Source: an uncultured Hormoscilla sp. (GTDB lineage: Bacteria > Cyanobacteriota > Cyanobacteriia > Cyanobacteriales > Desertifilaceae). Taken from it: a stretch of 64,000 bases of DNA. Position numbers and translations under genes: made by a program. Position 1 is the first letter of the stretch. Each line of letters opens with the position of its first letter. Below, piece by piece: positions 46,061-58,360 of this stretch. The stretch is taken from positions 5,024,001 to 5,088,000 of the forward strand of contig OZ001293.3 of NCBI GenBank assembly GCA_963921275.4, in the 5' to 3' direction. The notes under the pieces are model-generated. The model was given only the letters and a program-made list of their open reading frames with translations. It searched no databases and was not told the DNA's origin.

Positions 46061-48695
46061 TTGAAGTGCTCGTATCAGGACCTTACCGTTATAAAAGTGT
46101 TTAATCGGATACATTTCAGGAATCTGCGCGGCGACATCTTCGGAGGTGTCACAGCCGCAGTTATCGCTCTACCAATGGCTCTAGCCTTCGGGGTCGCCTC
46201 GGGCGCTGGAGCAGAAGCCGGTCTTTACGGAGCCGTATTAGTAGGATTGTTTGCCGCCCTGTTCGGCGGCACCCCGACCTTGATTTCCGAACCCACCGGT
46301 CCGATGACCGTGGTGATGACGGCAGTAATCGCCTCTCTGACTGCCGCTAACCCAGAAAACGGTTCAGCAATGGCCTTTACCGTGGTGATGCTGGCAGGAA
46401 TATTTCAGATCGTCTTCGGTTTATTGAAGTTGGGTAAGTACATTACCCTGATGCCCTACACCGTGATTTCCGGTTTCATGTCGGGAATTGGACTGATCAT
46501 GATCTTCCTTCAGATCGGTCCTTTCCTGGGACAAGCTAACCCCAAGGGCGGCGTTATCGGGGTAATTAGCAACTTGCCCAACTTATTGGCAAATATGAAT
46601 CCGGTCTCGACCGGTTTGGCAGGCTTGACAGTGGCCATTCTGTTCTTAACACCAAAGCAAATGAAGCGAGTGGTGCCGCCGCAACTGATGGCATTAATCG
46701 TGGGGACCGTGGTTTCTCTGATGTTCTTCCCGGATGTTGATATTCGACGAATTGGCGAGATCCCGAGTGGTTTGCCCAGCTTACAAATGCCTTTCTTTAC
46801 TGTAGAGCAACTACAGACGATGTTAGTCGATGCTGTAGTGCTAGCAATGCTCGGTTGCATTGACGCTTTGCTAACCTCGGTGATCGCTGACAGCTTGACT
46901 AGTACTCAACATGACTCGGATAAAGAATTGATCGGTCAAGGCATCGGTAACCTGGCTTCTGGACTATTTGGAGGAATTGCTGGAGCTGGTGCGACGATGG
47001 GAACCGTGGTCAATATCCAAGCGGGTGGAAAAACCGCCGTATCTGGCTTAACTCGCGCTGGCATCTTGCTGATTGTTGTCTTGTGGGCAGGGGGTTTGAC
47101 CCAGAATATTCCCCTGGCAGTCCTCGCTGGCATCGCCCTCAAGGTCGGGATTGATATTATCGATTGGAGTTTCCTCAAACGCGCTCATCAAGTATCCATT
47201 AAGGGTGCCTTGATTATGTATGGGGTGATCGGACTAACCGTATTTGTTGACTTGATTGCGGCTGTGGGGCTGGGAGTTTTTGTCGCTAATCTGTTGACGA
47301 TTAAGCGCCTGACGGATCTGCAATCTCAGGATGTCAAGACGGTTACCGATGCTGATGATGAAATCCTCTTGAGTCCGGAAGAGAAAGAACTACTCAATCA
47401 AGCTGACGGTCGCGTGCTCTTGTTCCACCTCAGCGGTCCGATGATCTTTGGGGTTTCTAAGGCGATCTCCCGCCAGCAAACAGCAATGAAAGACCACGAG
47501 GTGCTGATTCTGGATCTCAGCGACGTGCCCCTGCTAGGCGTCACTTCTTCTCTGGCGATCGAGAATGCGATCAAAGAAGCTTGCGATAACGGTCGTCACG
47601 TCTTCATTGTCGGTGCCGCAGGCGAAATCAAACGGCGGTTGGAAAAATTTTGCATTTTGCAAATGTTACCTCCGCAACACCTGGTGATGGAGCGCAAGGA
47701 CGCACTCAAGCAAGCAGTTGCCCTGGTTAATGGCTATGATGCCAATGATACTCTTAATGGGTATGTGCGATTCGTTCTAGCCTAACGTGGTCAAACACGG
47801 AACGCTAGCCCGGTTTCATTAGCCGGGAACTCTGACCGCATGGGGGTTAAATTCCCCTCCCCCCAGGTACGGGGGTGACACCGGTCCTCGGTGCTACGAA
47901 GCGACATCATCGTGGTGCTAAGCGAGGACTCAAATGTAGGATAACTGGCAGCCTAAGCCGGTGACGCCACTAGGAAAGATATCCAAGGTTAGAGCAGGCA
48001 AACATGTGCAAGCCTCGTTATAAGGAACCAGCGAAATAAGGCTATATGCGCTGGCCTAAAAAGGAAATGGTAGCTAGTATTAGTTTTAGACTCTGGCTAA
48101 TATAGTACTCAAATAGCTCCCGGGGTATAGTGTGGACCTAAAGGTATCGCGAAATGTTGTTAGGGAACGAAGTAACCTCTCGTGTGCTGTCCATCAGGAC
48201 AAGTTAGATGTTAAGCGCAAGCCACGGGGGGAGGGATGGCCCAAGAAGCGAATGCCCGGGGTAATTCCTGGGATAACATCTACAGTAATGTAGATGATGC
48301 TGGGTAGCCAGCGCTGACGTGGGTCGGTGATACTAGGAAGCTGCTGGAATGAGTAATCCTAAAAAGCCACGGAACTAATCCGAAACGCAAGTGGAGGATA
48401 AGGTATGGATAACTGGTAAAACTGACTTGAAAATGGTGATACTAACGGTTATCAGAACAACCACTCGCTAAACCAGGAAAGGGAAGAAAAGACAGGCGGC
48501 AAGGGCTAACGGAAGTAATTCCTATTAAGTCTACCTATGAAAAGGGCCTAGTACCCAGTAGCCGGATGCGGTGAAAATCGCAAGTCCGGTTCCTCAAGGG
48601 AGGGTCGGGAAGCGATTCCCGGCTCGACCCCATCCATATCGCAGATCAATGATACTTCATCCAATCAGGATATAGTCAATGCCAATAACTTTTGA
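46061..48695 (+). CDS. bicA: SulP-family Na+-dependent bicarbonate transporter; C-terminal tail interrupted by an intron (exon 2 = 48636-48695)
   Basis: IHFRNLRGDIFGGVTAA, LISEPTGPMT, STAS domain; followed by a Na+/H+ antiporter remnant. Start codon uncertain. Confidence 0.88.
47765..48635 (+). mobile_element. ORF-less group II intron, copy 3 (871 nt), sense orientation in bicA
   Basis: One G>A difference near 47969 versus the other copies; phase-0 insertion. Confidence 0.92.
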
Positions 48696-48779
48696 TCTCC
48701 AGACAAGGTCGCAGGCAACAGTGCTAGTAATTTAAGTATTTGCACCAAATGAAATACTTTGTTATTGTCAAGTTGGCGA

Positions 48780-49230
48780 GAATATCTAATTGAGAACCAG
48801 CCAACCTGCCAAGTAATTCGTTTCCAGTTCGTCAACCCTATGAAGAGCGAGCAAGACTACTTCAAATCAACTGTTGCGATCGGAATACTACTTGTAGTAT
48901 TATTCCTGCAATTCATTGGCGGCCTCACTCCCGAATCCGTTATCAGTCTTCCAAAATCAAAGCGAAGTAATCTCGGTTTTATCGGAACTGGGCGTGATCG
49001 TTCTCTTATTTGAAATAGGTCTGGAATCAGACTTAAGAGAATTGAAGGAAGTCGGTTACCAAGCAGCAATTGTGGCTGTAGTCGGAGTAGCAGCCCCTTT
49101 TGGTGCGGGCACGGCGGGGCTAATGTTATTGTTTGGCATACCCGCAATTCCGGCAATTTTTGCAGGGGTGGCCCTGACTGCTACCAGTATCGGGATTACT
49201 TCTAAAGTTCTATCAGAACCCAGAAGCTAA
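48780..49230 (+). pseudogene. CPA2 Na+/H+ antiporter (NhaS3-like) fragment
   Basis: ELGVIVLLFEIGLESDL and ALTATSIGITSKVLSE; frameshifted and truncated. Confidence 0.75.
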
Positions 49231-49377
49231 AATCTGAGCGCGGATTCCGATTTCAGAGCTTAGCTAGCATGACGATCTTTCCTCACTGACAGAAGAGCGC
49301 TATAACCATCTCTCTGGTAAAATTTAGACAATAATATTAGACTTGACATTACTGAGAAAGTTGGGGAACCTGAAAAT

Positions 49378-49611
49378 ATGTCACAGAAAACTTTTGAGAT
49401 TACTAAGTTATCTGAGAACTTAATAGATTTATTGTCTGATATTCAGAATCAAACAGAGGTGCTGTTGATTCGTGAGGGACTGCCTTTGGCTAAGGTTATG
49501 CCATTGCCAGTTGAGCAACCAGTGACACCCAAGGTCGGGTTAAATTATGGGGCAATGGTGATGAGTGATGATTTTGATGAGCCTTTACCTGATGCTTTTT
49601 GGGGTCTATGA
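49378..49611 (+). CDS. Antitoxin of a PIN-type toxin-antitoxin pair
   Basis: MSDDFDEPLP C-terminal motif; ATGA overlap with the PIN gene. Confidence 0.7.
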   Translation: MSQKTFEITKLSENLIDLLSDIQNQTEVLLIREGLPLAKVMPLPVEQPVTPKVGLNYGAMVMSDDFDEPLPDAFWGL

Positions 49612-49832
49612 AAGTTTTATATGATACTCATGCGTTTATTTGGTGGGATAGTCAGCAACAACAGTTATCAAATGAGATTGTGGAGTTTTTGCTACAACCG
49701 GATACAATGAAAGTTGTTAGTGTTGTGAGTTTGTGGGAAATTAAAATTAAAAGTCAGTTGGGAAAGTTAACCCTCAATCAACCTTTAGAAAAATTTACCA
49801 GAGTCAAAGTCAAAATGGAATCTCCTTTTTAG
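49608..49832 (+). pseudogene. PIN/VapC toxin, frameshifted and truncated
   Basis: MKVLYDTHAFIWW and SVVSLWEIKIK; lacks the C-terminal half. Confidence 0.7.
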
Positions 49833-49871
49833 CGGTGAATCCTGGGTGTGGTCAAAACCCGTTGATCTTGC

Positions 49872-51131
49872 CTGGCTCCTTTGCGGGCACCGCCGAGCTA
49901 GTCTTCCCCACCGAGAGTGCTGCAACCCTAGTAGCAGTGCTCACGAGGGAGGATCCCGAAAGTCCGGAACTGGATGGGGTCGAGCCGGGAATCGCTTCCC
50001 GACCCTCCCTTGAGGAACCGGACTTGCGATTTTCACCGCATCCGGCTACTGGGTACTAGGCCCTTTTCATAGGTAGACTTAATAGGAATTACTTCCGTTA
50101 GCCCTTGCCGCCTGTCTTTTCTTCCCTTTCCTGGTTTAGCGAGTGGTTGTTCTGATAACCGTTAGTATCACCATTTTCAAGTCAGTTTTACCAGTTATCC
50201 ATACCTTATCCTCCACTTGCGTTTCGGATTAGTTCCGTGGCTTTTTAGGATTACTCATTCCAGCAGCTTCCTAGTATCACCGACCCACGTCAGCGCTGGC
50301 TACCCAGCATCATCTACATTACTGTAGATGTTATCCCAGGAATTACCCCGGGCATTCGCTTCTTGGGCCATCCCTCCCCCCGTGGCTTGCGCTTAACATC
50401 TAACTTGTCCTGATGGACAGCACACGAGAGGTTACTTCGTTCCCTAACAACATTTCGCGATACCTTTAGGTCCACACTATACCCCGGGAGCTATTTGAGT
50501 ACTATATTAGCCAGAGTCTAAAACTAATACTAGCTACCATTTCCTTTTTAGGCCAGCGCATATAGCCTTATTTCGCTGGTTCCTTATAACGAGGCTTGCA
50601 CATGTTTGCCTGCTCTAACCTTGGATATCTTTCCTAGCGGCGTCACCGGCTTAGGCTGCCAGTTATCCTACATTTGAGTCCTCGCTTAGCACCACGATGA
50701 TGTCGCTTCGTAGCACCGAGGACCGGTGTCACCCCCGTACCTGGGGGGAGGGGAATTTAACCCCCATGCGGTCAGAGTTCCCGGCTAATGAAACCGGGCT
50801 AGCGTTCCGTGTTTGACCACGTTAGGCTAGAACGAATCGCACAGATTCCCTGAAGATTGGCAAACTGAAGTAGGCAATATCGCGATCAATGGTGTTATGG
50901 GTTCAATAGGCAATGTGCTAGATAAGCCCCCTAACCTATGTTCTTCCCACTTACATAGAGGAGGAAGTGGAGCATTTGATGCCAGTCAAGCAGTCTGATG
51001 CTAACACAACTGTGCTCTTGGCACAAGCGCGTTTTGATATCGAAGAACTGCAAGTTCAAGGAGACATTGTGCTGTTTTTCGATGTCGGTTCTTTCAATGC
51101 CTTGCTCGCGGCGATCGAGCAGGTAGGATGA
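49872..51131 (+). pseudogene. CheC-like chemotaxis phosphatase remnant, interrupted by intron copy 4 in antisense
   Basis: AELVFPTESAATLVAVLT...EL|DSLKIG...EVGNIAINGVMGSIGNVL...YVLPTYIE...GDIVLFF. Confidence 0.7.
49972..50842 (-). mobile_element. ORF-less group II intron, copy 4 (871 nt)
   Basis: No differences from copy 1 noticed by eye. Confidence 0.92.
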
Positions 51132-51532
51132 ATTGGGTCCCGTTCGTACTGTTCGTAGTAAGCACTTTAGTGCTTCGGGGTTCGTAGTAAGCACTTTAGT
51201 GCTTCCCAGGCGCGAAAGCGCCTAGCTAGCCTGTCCAGCGTAAGCAAGAAGTCAGAAATAATTTTTGAGAATATCTTCCCATGAAGTACGAATCATATTT
51301 GCTGGGATGGGTATCTCTGAGTTTTTGGTATTAGCTATGACAAAGGCATTGTCTGAAAGAGATAAAATACCTGAATCATTCCCCTGAGGATCGTCACCAG
51401 AAACTGAATCTGTATAACTAGATAGTTCGTCAATTGGAATTCTCAATGCTTTAGAGAAACCAGTAATCTTGCTTTTCCCCATGTTTCAAAAGTAGCGAAC
51501 TCCTTAAGTTTAGCAGATGCAAATTTGCAACT

Positions 51533-52000
51533 TCAAATTTGCAACAAATATTGATTTCTATTCATCGCTAAAAAACGTTCTGCACCTCTATAAATGATAT
51601 TGAGATCACTTCCATAATCTATAAATAAAAAATTCTTGCCATCTACTTTTTCAAACTGACAACCAAAAATTACATTCAAGTAAAGTCCCATAGTATCAAC
51701 AGCATTACTTGTACTGATTTCCTCGACTTGCTTCAACTGAATAAATAAATATAGGCTTTCATTAACTATAGAGATATTTTGCTTAATTTCATTGGGCAGC
51801 CAAACTGGATCCCATTTAATTGCTAGGGTTGCAGTTTGTTGGACTACATCATAAAAAATCCCTATCCAGTAGGAATCATGTAACGTGTATTTATCTTTGA
51901 ACTCTTTGAAGCTCATATTTATTCCATAATGCCAAGGTAAAGCATCCTCAACAAGCTGACGATGCCACCAATCTGGATAACTATTAAAATCTACATTCAT
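51533..52000 (-). CDS. Hypothetical protein, AT-rich
   Basis: 155-aa ORF with no recognised family. Confidence 0.55.
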   Translation of the reverse strand: MNVDFNSYPDWWHRQLVEDALPWHYGINMSFKEFKDKYTLHDSYWIGIFYDVVQQTATLAIKWDPVWLPNEIKQNISIVNESLYLFIQLKQVEEISTSNAVDTMGLYLNVIFGCQFEKVDGKNFLFIDYGSDLNIIYRGAERFLAMNRNQYLLQI

Positions 52001-52402
52001 ATCAATAACCTGAAATTACAATGTTCTCCCAAACCTAAGCCTTAGCGCAGCGCTTTGTTTGGATAAGATGGTTAGATATTTCTCTGGCCCGTTGTTTGAT
52101 GCGAGATGCATTGCTGTTCTTGCCCATGCATTAATAGCCTTTTGCATCATCAACTTAGATAATTCATAGGGACATGTTCCATCCTTAAAGTTATGATTAC
52201 ACGCTCTAATATATTAGTCAAATATGCTGATTTATTCAGACAAATAACGGGTCGTCAAATACTAGAAATCATTGTTTGGTTTGATGATGGTGCCGTTTAT
52301 ATCGTAGATGCGTAATCAATGCATAATCCTGGTCGAATGGATTAAATTCTTAATGGTTCATGGCTAACAAGTAACCATAAACCATTAAGCAATAATTAAC
52401 AA

Positions 52403-53824
52403 CTAACTAACAGCTTTCTCTGCTAATTTGGGTTCCGAAGGTACCAGACGACTTGCCACTTGCTTGACAAAACTCTGTAAAAATGCCATGCGGTTATTTT
52501 GTTGAAACACATTTTTCAGGGTTTCTCCCAGCTTGTCAAGATTGAAACCTTCCTCTACACTCAGATCCTGAGCTTGGAAATATTCAATCAAGCTTAAACC
52601 CGCTAATCGAGTTAAATAAGCAGCACTGACTCCCTGGGCGACTCCACCGGCAACGTAGGTGACGGCATGACTTTTCAGGATGCCACTAATGGTTTGGGTG
52701 GTAAGTTCCACTAAACCCAGTTTCAGCATCAGACTGCCGATGGTGCTAGCAGCTTTTTGCGCCCGATCGAGGTCAAATTTTTGCTGATAAACTGCTCCCA
52801 AATCCATCACCAACTGGCCATTAATTGCCCCAGTTGCCAGTAAATCCAAGGCCGGAACGGGGTTGGCGAAGGCCGCCGCGGCGGCGATGTACTGATATTG
52901 CTCAATAATGGGAAGGGCCAGATCGCGTCGCAGTCCATTTAGAACTTCTTTTACCTCAACTGTGAGGATATCAGCTTGACGCTTCGTTGTGGCCCACACC
53001 AACTGTTGAGCTTCCGTTTCCAGGATGTGACTTAACCTTTCTGTTAGGGGAGAGATCTGCGGTTCTTGGTTTTCCATCCATTCCTTTACCTCCCCATCTT
53101 CAGAATGCTTGCGCACCTTGATGGCATCCGGAGAGGCGGCGATCGCCACCACATCTTTTGACTCCAAGATTCCTGCGGTCCGCTGCCGCAACTGCTCCAA
53201 TATCATCGGTTGTTCCTCTGGTAAATACTGGTCTTGCTTGTTGAATGCCAGTACAGTCCGCTGGTGGACTGCTGCTAGTTGCTGCAAGGTTTGAAATTCT
53301 GAGTCAGTCAGGTCTCCCGCCGTCACAAACACCACTAAATCTGAGTTGGACAAGATCCCCTCTGCTGCTGTGGTTTCTCCATCATCAGCAACAAATAAGG
53401 CGGGTGTTTCCTGGATCTCCCAGTGAGAGTCTAGTCTTTGGATCAAGCTAGTTTTACCCACGCTTTTACCACCGGTGACAGCCAGGCGAATTTCCTTTCT
53501 GTCTAATTGAGCAGTCAGTTGTTCAACCCCTTTCCGCCAGGTCGAGACATCCTGGTTTTCCGCTTCCAACTGCTTAATGGCCCCGTTAATTTTGGCGATC
53601 GCCTTTTCCACCGTCTCTTTTTCTACCGGCACATATCCCAAGGGCAAATCCAGATTCTTCGCCGTTTTTTGCTTGAACCACCAGAGTCCAGTCAGGGCGA
53701 TCGCGCCCATCATTGTCAACTCTGACAGCTGACTCATTTCCTGCTGGATACTTTTCCATAACCATAGTGCCAGAGATAGACCAACTCCACCGATTAAAAT
53801 CGGGCGTTTCAATTTAATATCCAT
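52403..53824 (-). CDS. P-loop GTPase-like / DUF697-type protein
   Basis: GGKSVGKTS, ETPAL and NKQD; C-terminal ANPVPALDLL domain. Confidence 0.75.
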   Translation of the reverse strand: MDIKLKRPILIGGVGLSLALWLWKSIQQEMSQLSELTMMGAIALTGLWWFKQKTAKNLDLPLGYVPVEKETVEKAIAKINGAIKQLEAENQDVSTWRKGVEQLTAQLDRKEIRLAVTGGKSVGKTSLIQRLDSHWEIQETPALFVADDGETTAAEGILSNSDLVVFVTAGDLTDSEFQTLQQLAAVHQRTVLAFNKQDQYLPEEQPMILEQLRQRTAGILESKDVVAIAASPDAIKVRKHSEDGEVKEWMENQEPQISPLTERLSHILETEAQQLVWATTKRQADILTVEVKEVLNGLRRDLALPIIEQYQYIAAAAAFANPVPALDLLATGAINGQLVMDLGAVYQQKFDLDRAQKAASTIGSLMLKLGLVELTTQTISGILKSHAVTYVAGGVAQGVSAAYLTRLAGLSLIEYFQAQDLSVEEGFNLDKLGETLKNVFQQNNRMAFLQSFVKQVASRLVPSEPKLAEKAVS

Positions 53825-54135
53825 TTTTTCCTCTCCCCTGTACTGTCTTTACCTACTTATCTCTATGCTATACTCAACCTCTTTTTCTCAACTATTCATG
53901 CTACCATTTCCAATTATTTATTTATATTATAGCATCATCCAATTTCATAATGCAACTCTATTATGATAATTTTACAATTAATAATCTTTATTCCCTTGTC
54001 CTAACATTACCATTATTTGTTCCCGGTCAATAAATATATTTTCCTTCTACATCGTTTACGATTTATAAAAATCTACCTTGTTCCTGAGCCCCTTGTTAGT
54101 TATCACCGCGAACAACCGACAACTGATAACCGATT

Positions 54136-54449
54136 AGACCTCTCCAAAAATTGAAATCCTTACCAGCCTTGGGTTTCAAGTATGTATCTCACTTGCTCAC
54201 ATATGTTACTCAAGCGACAAAATCGGAGTTTAATAGAGTTCCTGTAAATATTGCACTCTCTCGATGGTATTGGTTAACTTCAAAGTTTTCAGCGCCATCA
54301 CCCCTATCTACTACTTCTAAAATCAACGCACCAATTCGCAATCTTACTAACCCACAAATTGTGGAAATCACAGAGTTGAATTTTTCAGTATTTAAACGAA
54401 ATCTTTCACTGGCAACATGGCTAACGCCACGTGATCGAAAAATTTTCAC
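54136..54449 (-). mobile_element. IS5-like transposase 3' remnant
   Basis: VKIFR...ASERFRL...ICGLVRLRIG. Confidence 0.55.
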
Positions 54450-55070
54450 GTAACTGCTCACCGCAAAAAGTAGGGCTTGTTGAGAAAGGAAGAAAGAGAT
54501 AAATTACAAGCCCTATGCATCTGTTAAGTAGATTGCCATCATGGACCGCAACCAGCAAAAAGTAAGGCTTGTTGAGAAAGGAAGAAATAAATAAATTACA
54601 AGCCCTATGCATCTGTTAAGTAGATTGTTATCGGTGGCGGACCGCGACCAACAAAAAGTAGGGCTTGTTGAGATTAAGATAAATTACAAGCCCTATGCAT
54701 CTGTTAAGTAGATTGCAAGGTGGACCGCGACTAGCCAAGGACAAAAGTTCACGGCGCTCGCCGATGATTCTTGCAACCGCATAGTTTCGCTTGAGCTAAA
54801 CATCATTGCGACTAACTTAGCCCCCCAATCACTTCTGGCTCCACCGCTAACTTTGCGATGTACTACTACAGGACGCAATACCCGCTCGGCATCATTATTG
54901 TCCGGTTTAACTTCCTATGGGAGTTAGAAATGTGAACCATTCATCCCAATGGCGTTCAAGTCTATTAGCAAGTCTTTGGGCGTCCGCAGGCCATCCAGCA
55001 GATGGAGGCTGATCTAAAATTGTTTTCAGTTGCGTTTCTACACTTGGACGTTTTTGCGCTCTGTTGTAAG
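54450..55070 (-). mobile_element. IS66-family 3' remnant with a triple ~91-96-bp subterminal tandem repeat (54470-54735)
   Basis: GTAACTGCTCA end; DNNDAERVLRPVVVHRKVSGG and HWDEWFTFL. Confidence 0.7.
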
Positions 55071-55135
55071 TTGCAACTATTCGATCGAGAATAAGCTTAT
55101 TCCCCATATTCCGCACGACAAGCTGTAACATGATA

Positions 55136-57506
55136 GTGCGATTCGTTTAGTGTAAACTAACTTGACACAGGTCAAGGAAGGGGACCACTAGCAGGGTATC
55201 ATTAGCCCTGACAACTTATAGATGATGGTGGTGAAAGCCCACCCCTCCAGGTGCAGGAGTGAAAGCGTAATCCCTACGGTAGCGATGGCATCAATCCGTA
55301 AAGCGGGATTAAAAGGCACCCTGACTGCTAGCCTAAACCGGTCATTGTCGAGCAAGTAACTATGATGAGCGAAAGCAAAGACTTATAAGTGTCGTCATGC
55401 AGAACCAGCGAAAATGCTGAAACGCTGGCCTAAAAGGGAAAGGATAAAGGTCATTGGCGGTTTGTCATCCGACCAATAAGCACTGACAATAAACCCGGCA
55501 TATAGAGTCCATCTAAGGTTACAACCAATCATCTATAGGAACGAAGTAAACCAGGTATGCACTCTCTACCACCGGTCGATAGGTAGAGTAGCCACCAAAG
55601 GCGCAACATCTGCTTTCATCAGGCAGGTCATACTTGGGAGAGATTTCGCGGAGAAGCAAACGACCACCGGTAATAGGTGGTATACGCTGACGCCCTCACG
55701 GTAATGTCAATTGTGAAGTTGTAAGTAGCAATGCATACGTCATAAGCACGATGAACACATCGATGAATGAATGGAAGGATATCTCCTGGCGAAAGCTGGA
55801 ACGGGTAGTCCTCAAGTTGCAAAAACGAATTTACAGAGCGGCACAACGTGGCGACAAGCGGACAGTTCGCAGGCTCCAGAGGTTACTGGTAAAATCCCGG
55901 TCAGCCAAATGTCTAGCGGTACGACAGGTAACACAGGACAACCAGGGAAAAAAGACTGCCGGTGTGGACGGTGTAAAATCACTGACCGTAGAACAACGTC
56001 TAGAACTGGTAGGACAAATAGAAATCTCAAACAAGGCCAAACCCGCACGACGAGTGTGGATACCAAAGCCAGGGAGAGACGAAAAACGCCCATTAGGGAT
56101 ACCGACAATGTACGACCGTGCGACACAGGGGTTGCTAAAAATTGCGCACTTATCCTGAGTGGGAAGCGTACTTTGAAGCAAACTCCTACGGCTTCAGACC
56201 GGGAAGGGGATGCCACGACGCAATCGGAGCAATCTTTATTAGTATCAACAAAAAACCCAAATGGGTGTTAGATGCTGACATCGCAAAATGCTTAGATAAA
56301 ATTAACCACAAAGCGCTAATGGAAAAACTAAATACAACATCACCAATCCGTAAACAAATACGGGCATGGTTAAAAGCCGGGGTGATAGACAAGAGAGAAT
56401 GGTATGCAACCGAAGAGGGAACACCTCAAGGTGGAGTCATATCACCATTACTGGCAAATATAGCCCTACAGGGGTTAGAAAGAGCAGTAATAGAAATTGC
56501 CAAAACACAAAGAGAAAAGAAAAAACTGACAGTAGTCAGATATGCCGACGACTTTGTGGTAATGCATGATGAGAAAAAGAAGGTGGAAGAAGCACAAGTG
56601 GTTATAGCGAAATGGCTAAAGGGGATTGGACTAGAACTTAAGCCTGAAAAGACGAAGATAGCTCATACGCTGCACGGCGATAATCCAGGATTTGATTTCC
56701 TAGGATTCAACGTAAAGCAATATGAGGTAAGTAAAAACAAAAGCGGTAAGAACAACGGACAACCCCGAGGTTTCAAAACCCTCATAAAACCCAGTATAAA
56801 GTCCATAGGTAAGCAGAAAGAAAGGCTAGCGGAAGTACTGGCCAGCCATAAAGCAGCTCCGCAAGCTGCCCTGATAAACAAACTCAACCTAATAATACGG
56901 GGATGGGCAAACTATTACAGGACTGTGGTAAGCAAAGAAACTTACACAGATATGGACACCTACCTATGGAACATCCTGTGGAATTGGGCAAAAAGAAACA
57001 CCCCAACAAATCAAGTGAATGGATAGCCAAAAAGTACTGGACAATAAACCAGGACGTCGAATGGAGATTCAAAGAAGGGGAAGCCAAACTATACCAACAT
57101 GCAAGTACTAAGATAGTAAGGCATATCAAAGTAAAAGGAACAGCTAGCCCATACGACGGGAACCTCACTTACTGGAGCACTAGACTAGGCAGGAACCCAG
57201 AATTGAGCAATCTAGTAACAAAGCTGCTCAAAAGGCAAAAAGGGAAATGTCAATACTGCGGACAGACATTCAGAGATAGCGACAAGTGGGAAGTAGACCA
57301 CAGTAAGCCACTCTCATTAGGTGGTAAGGACCGGTGGGATAATCTACAACTACTACATAAACACTGCCACGACATAAAGACTGCCAATGATGGTAGCAGC
57401 CGTATCCGTGACAAGGATGGCATTACTGAGGAGCCGGATGAGGTGAAAAGCAGATCGTCCGGTTCTGAAGACTCCTCGGGGAGGTGACTCCCTGGCTTAG
57501 TTTAAT
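55136..57506 (+). mobile_element. Full-length group II intron with a frameshifted IEP
   Basis: GTGCGATTCG...TTAGTTTAAT; EBS1 TGTCAT pairs with 5' exon ATGATA. Confidence 0.93.
55751..57500 (+). pseudogene. ltrA: Intron RT/maturase/HNH ORF in three pieces
   Basis: Frameshifts near 56150 and 57000; YADD retained. Confidence 0.9.
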
Positions 57507-57635
57507 AGGATAGTGGGTCACAAGTAGTGATTTTAGCGCCTGAAACCCGGGCTGTGTCCCCCGGGAGCGCCTTAAGCACTACCCGGAGGACACAGAACCG
57601 TAGTCAAATCACTACATCTTGACCACTACCAAGTA

Positions 57636-58115
57636 TTAATTCTCAATTATTAATGAATAAAATTCTTCATCAAGAATTTGTTCGTTATCAAAAGGACAAA
57701 CTTGAGGATATTCGGACTCATTAGGAATGGGAATGTCAGAACTTGCTCGTTTTCCTTCTTTAATCGCCAGATCTCGACCATCACGATAAGATTCCTCTAA
57801 AATTTTGGGTAAATAGGATTTTAAGGAAGGGGTTTTACTCAGTTGTTTATTGATTCGCTTGCGATGTTCGTCAACAGAACTGTACCAGCTTTTTTTCATC
57901 GTTTCTGGGGCATCAGCTTGTACCGTTAATTTAAGCAGATGGGCGAGAAGTATCATTAAATTGCTTTCGAGGGCATTTTTTTCTGATTTACCCAAGTCTT
58001 TAAGTTCCTCAATCAAGTGTTCGATATCCAGTTCGGAGAAGCGATGATTTTTGAGTTTTTTGATATGATCTTCAATCCATAAGTTGAAGTCTAGATCGTA
58101 TAGTGTTTGTTTCAT
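57636..58115 (-). CDS. DUF29-family protein
   Basis: LYDLDFNLW...LDIEHLIEEL...LLAHLLK...SW...CPF. Confidence 0.85.
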   Translation of the reverse strand: MKQTLYDLDFNLWIEDHIKKLKNHRFSELDIEHLIEELKDLGKSEKNALESNLMILLAHLLKLTVQADAPETMKKSWYSSVDEHRKRINKQLSKTPSLKSYLPKILEESYRDGRDLAIKEGKRASSDIPIPNESEYPQVCPFDNEQILDEEFYSLIIEN

Positions 58116-58360
58116 TGAGAATTGTTCATTGAGAATTGTTCATTGAGAATTGAAAAAAACCGAGAGAAAGTCAATTAAATATTACTAAAGTTACAATAAA
58201 TACAGTTATACTGAAAATACTGTTTAAATTACTTAGATGACAAGCGGCGGAGAGGAGCAAGGCACGCCAGCACTACCACAAGGATAGCCGCTAAGATTGT
58301 TTTTCCTTACTCTCGACAGTTACCATTATATCATCCATCTAATCTCTCTCAAATAAAATT

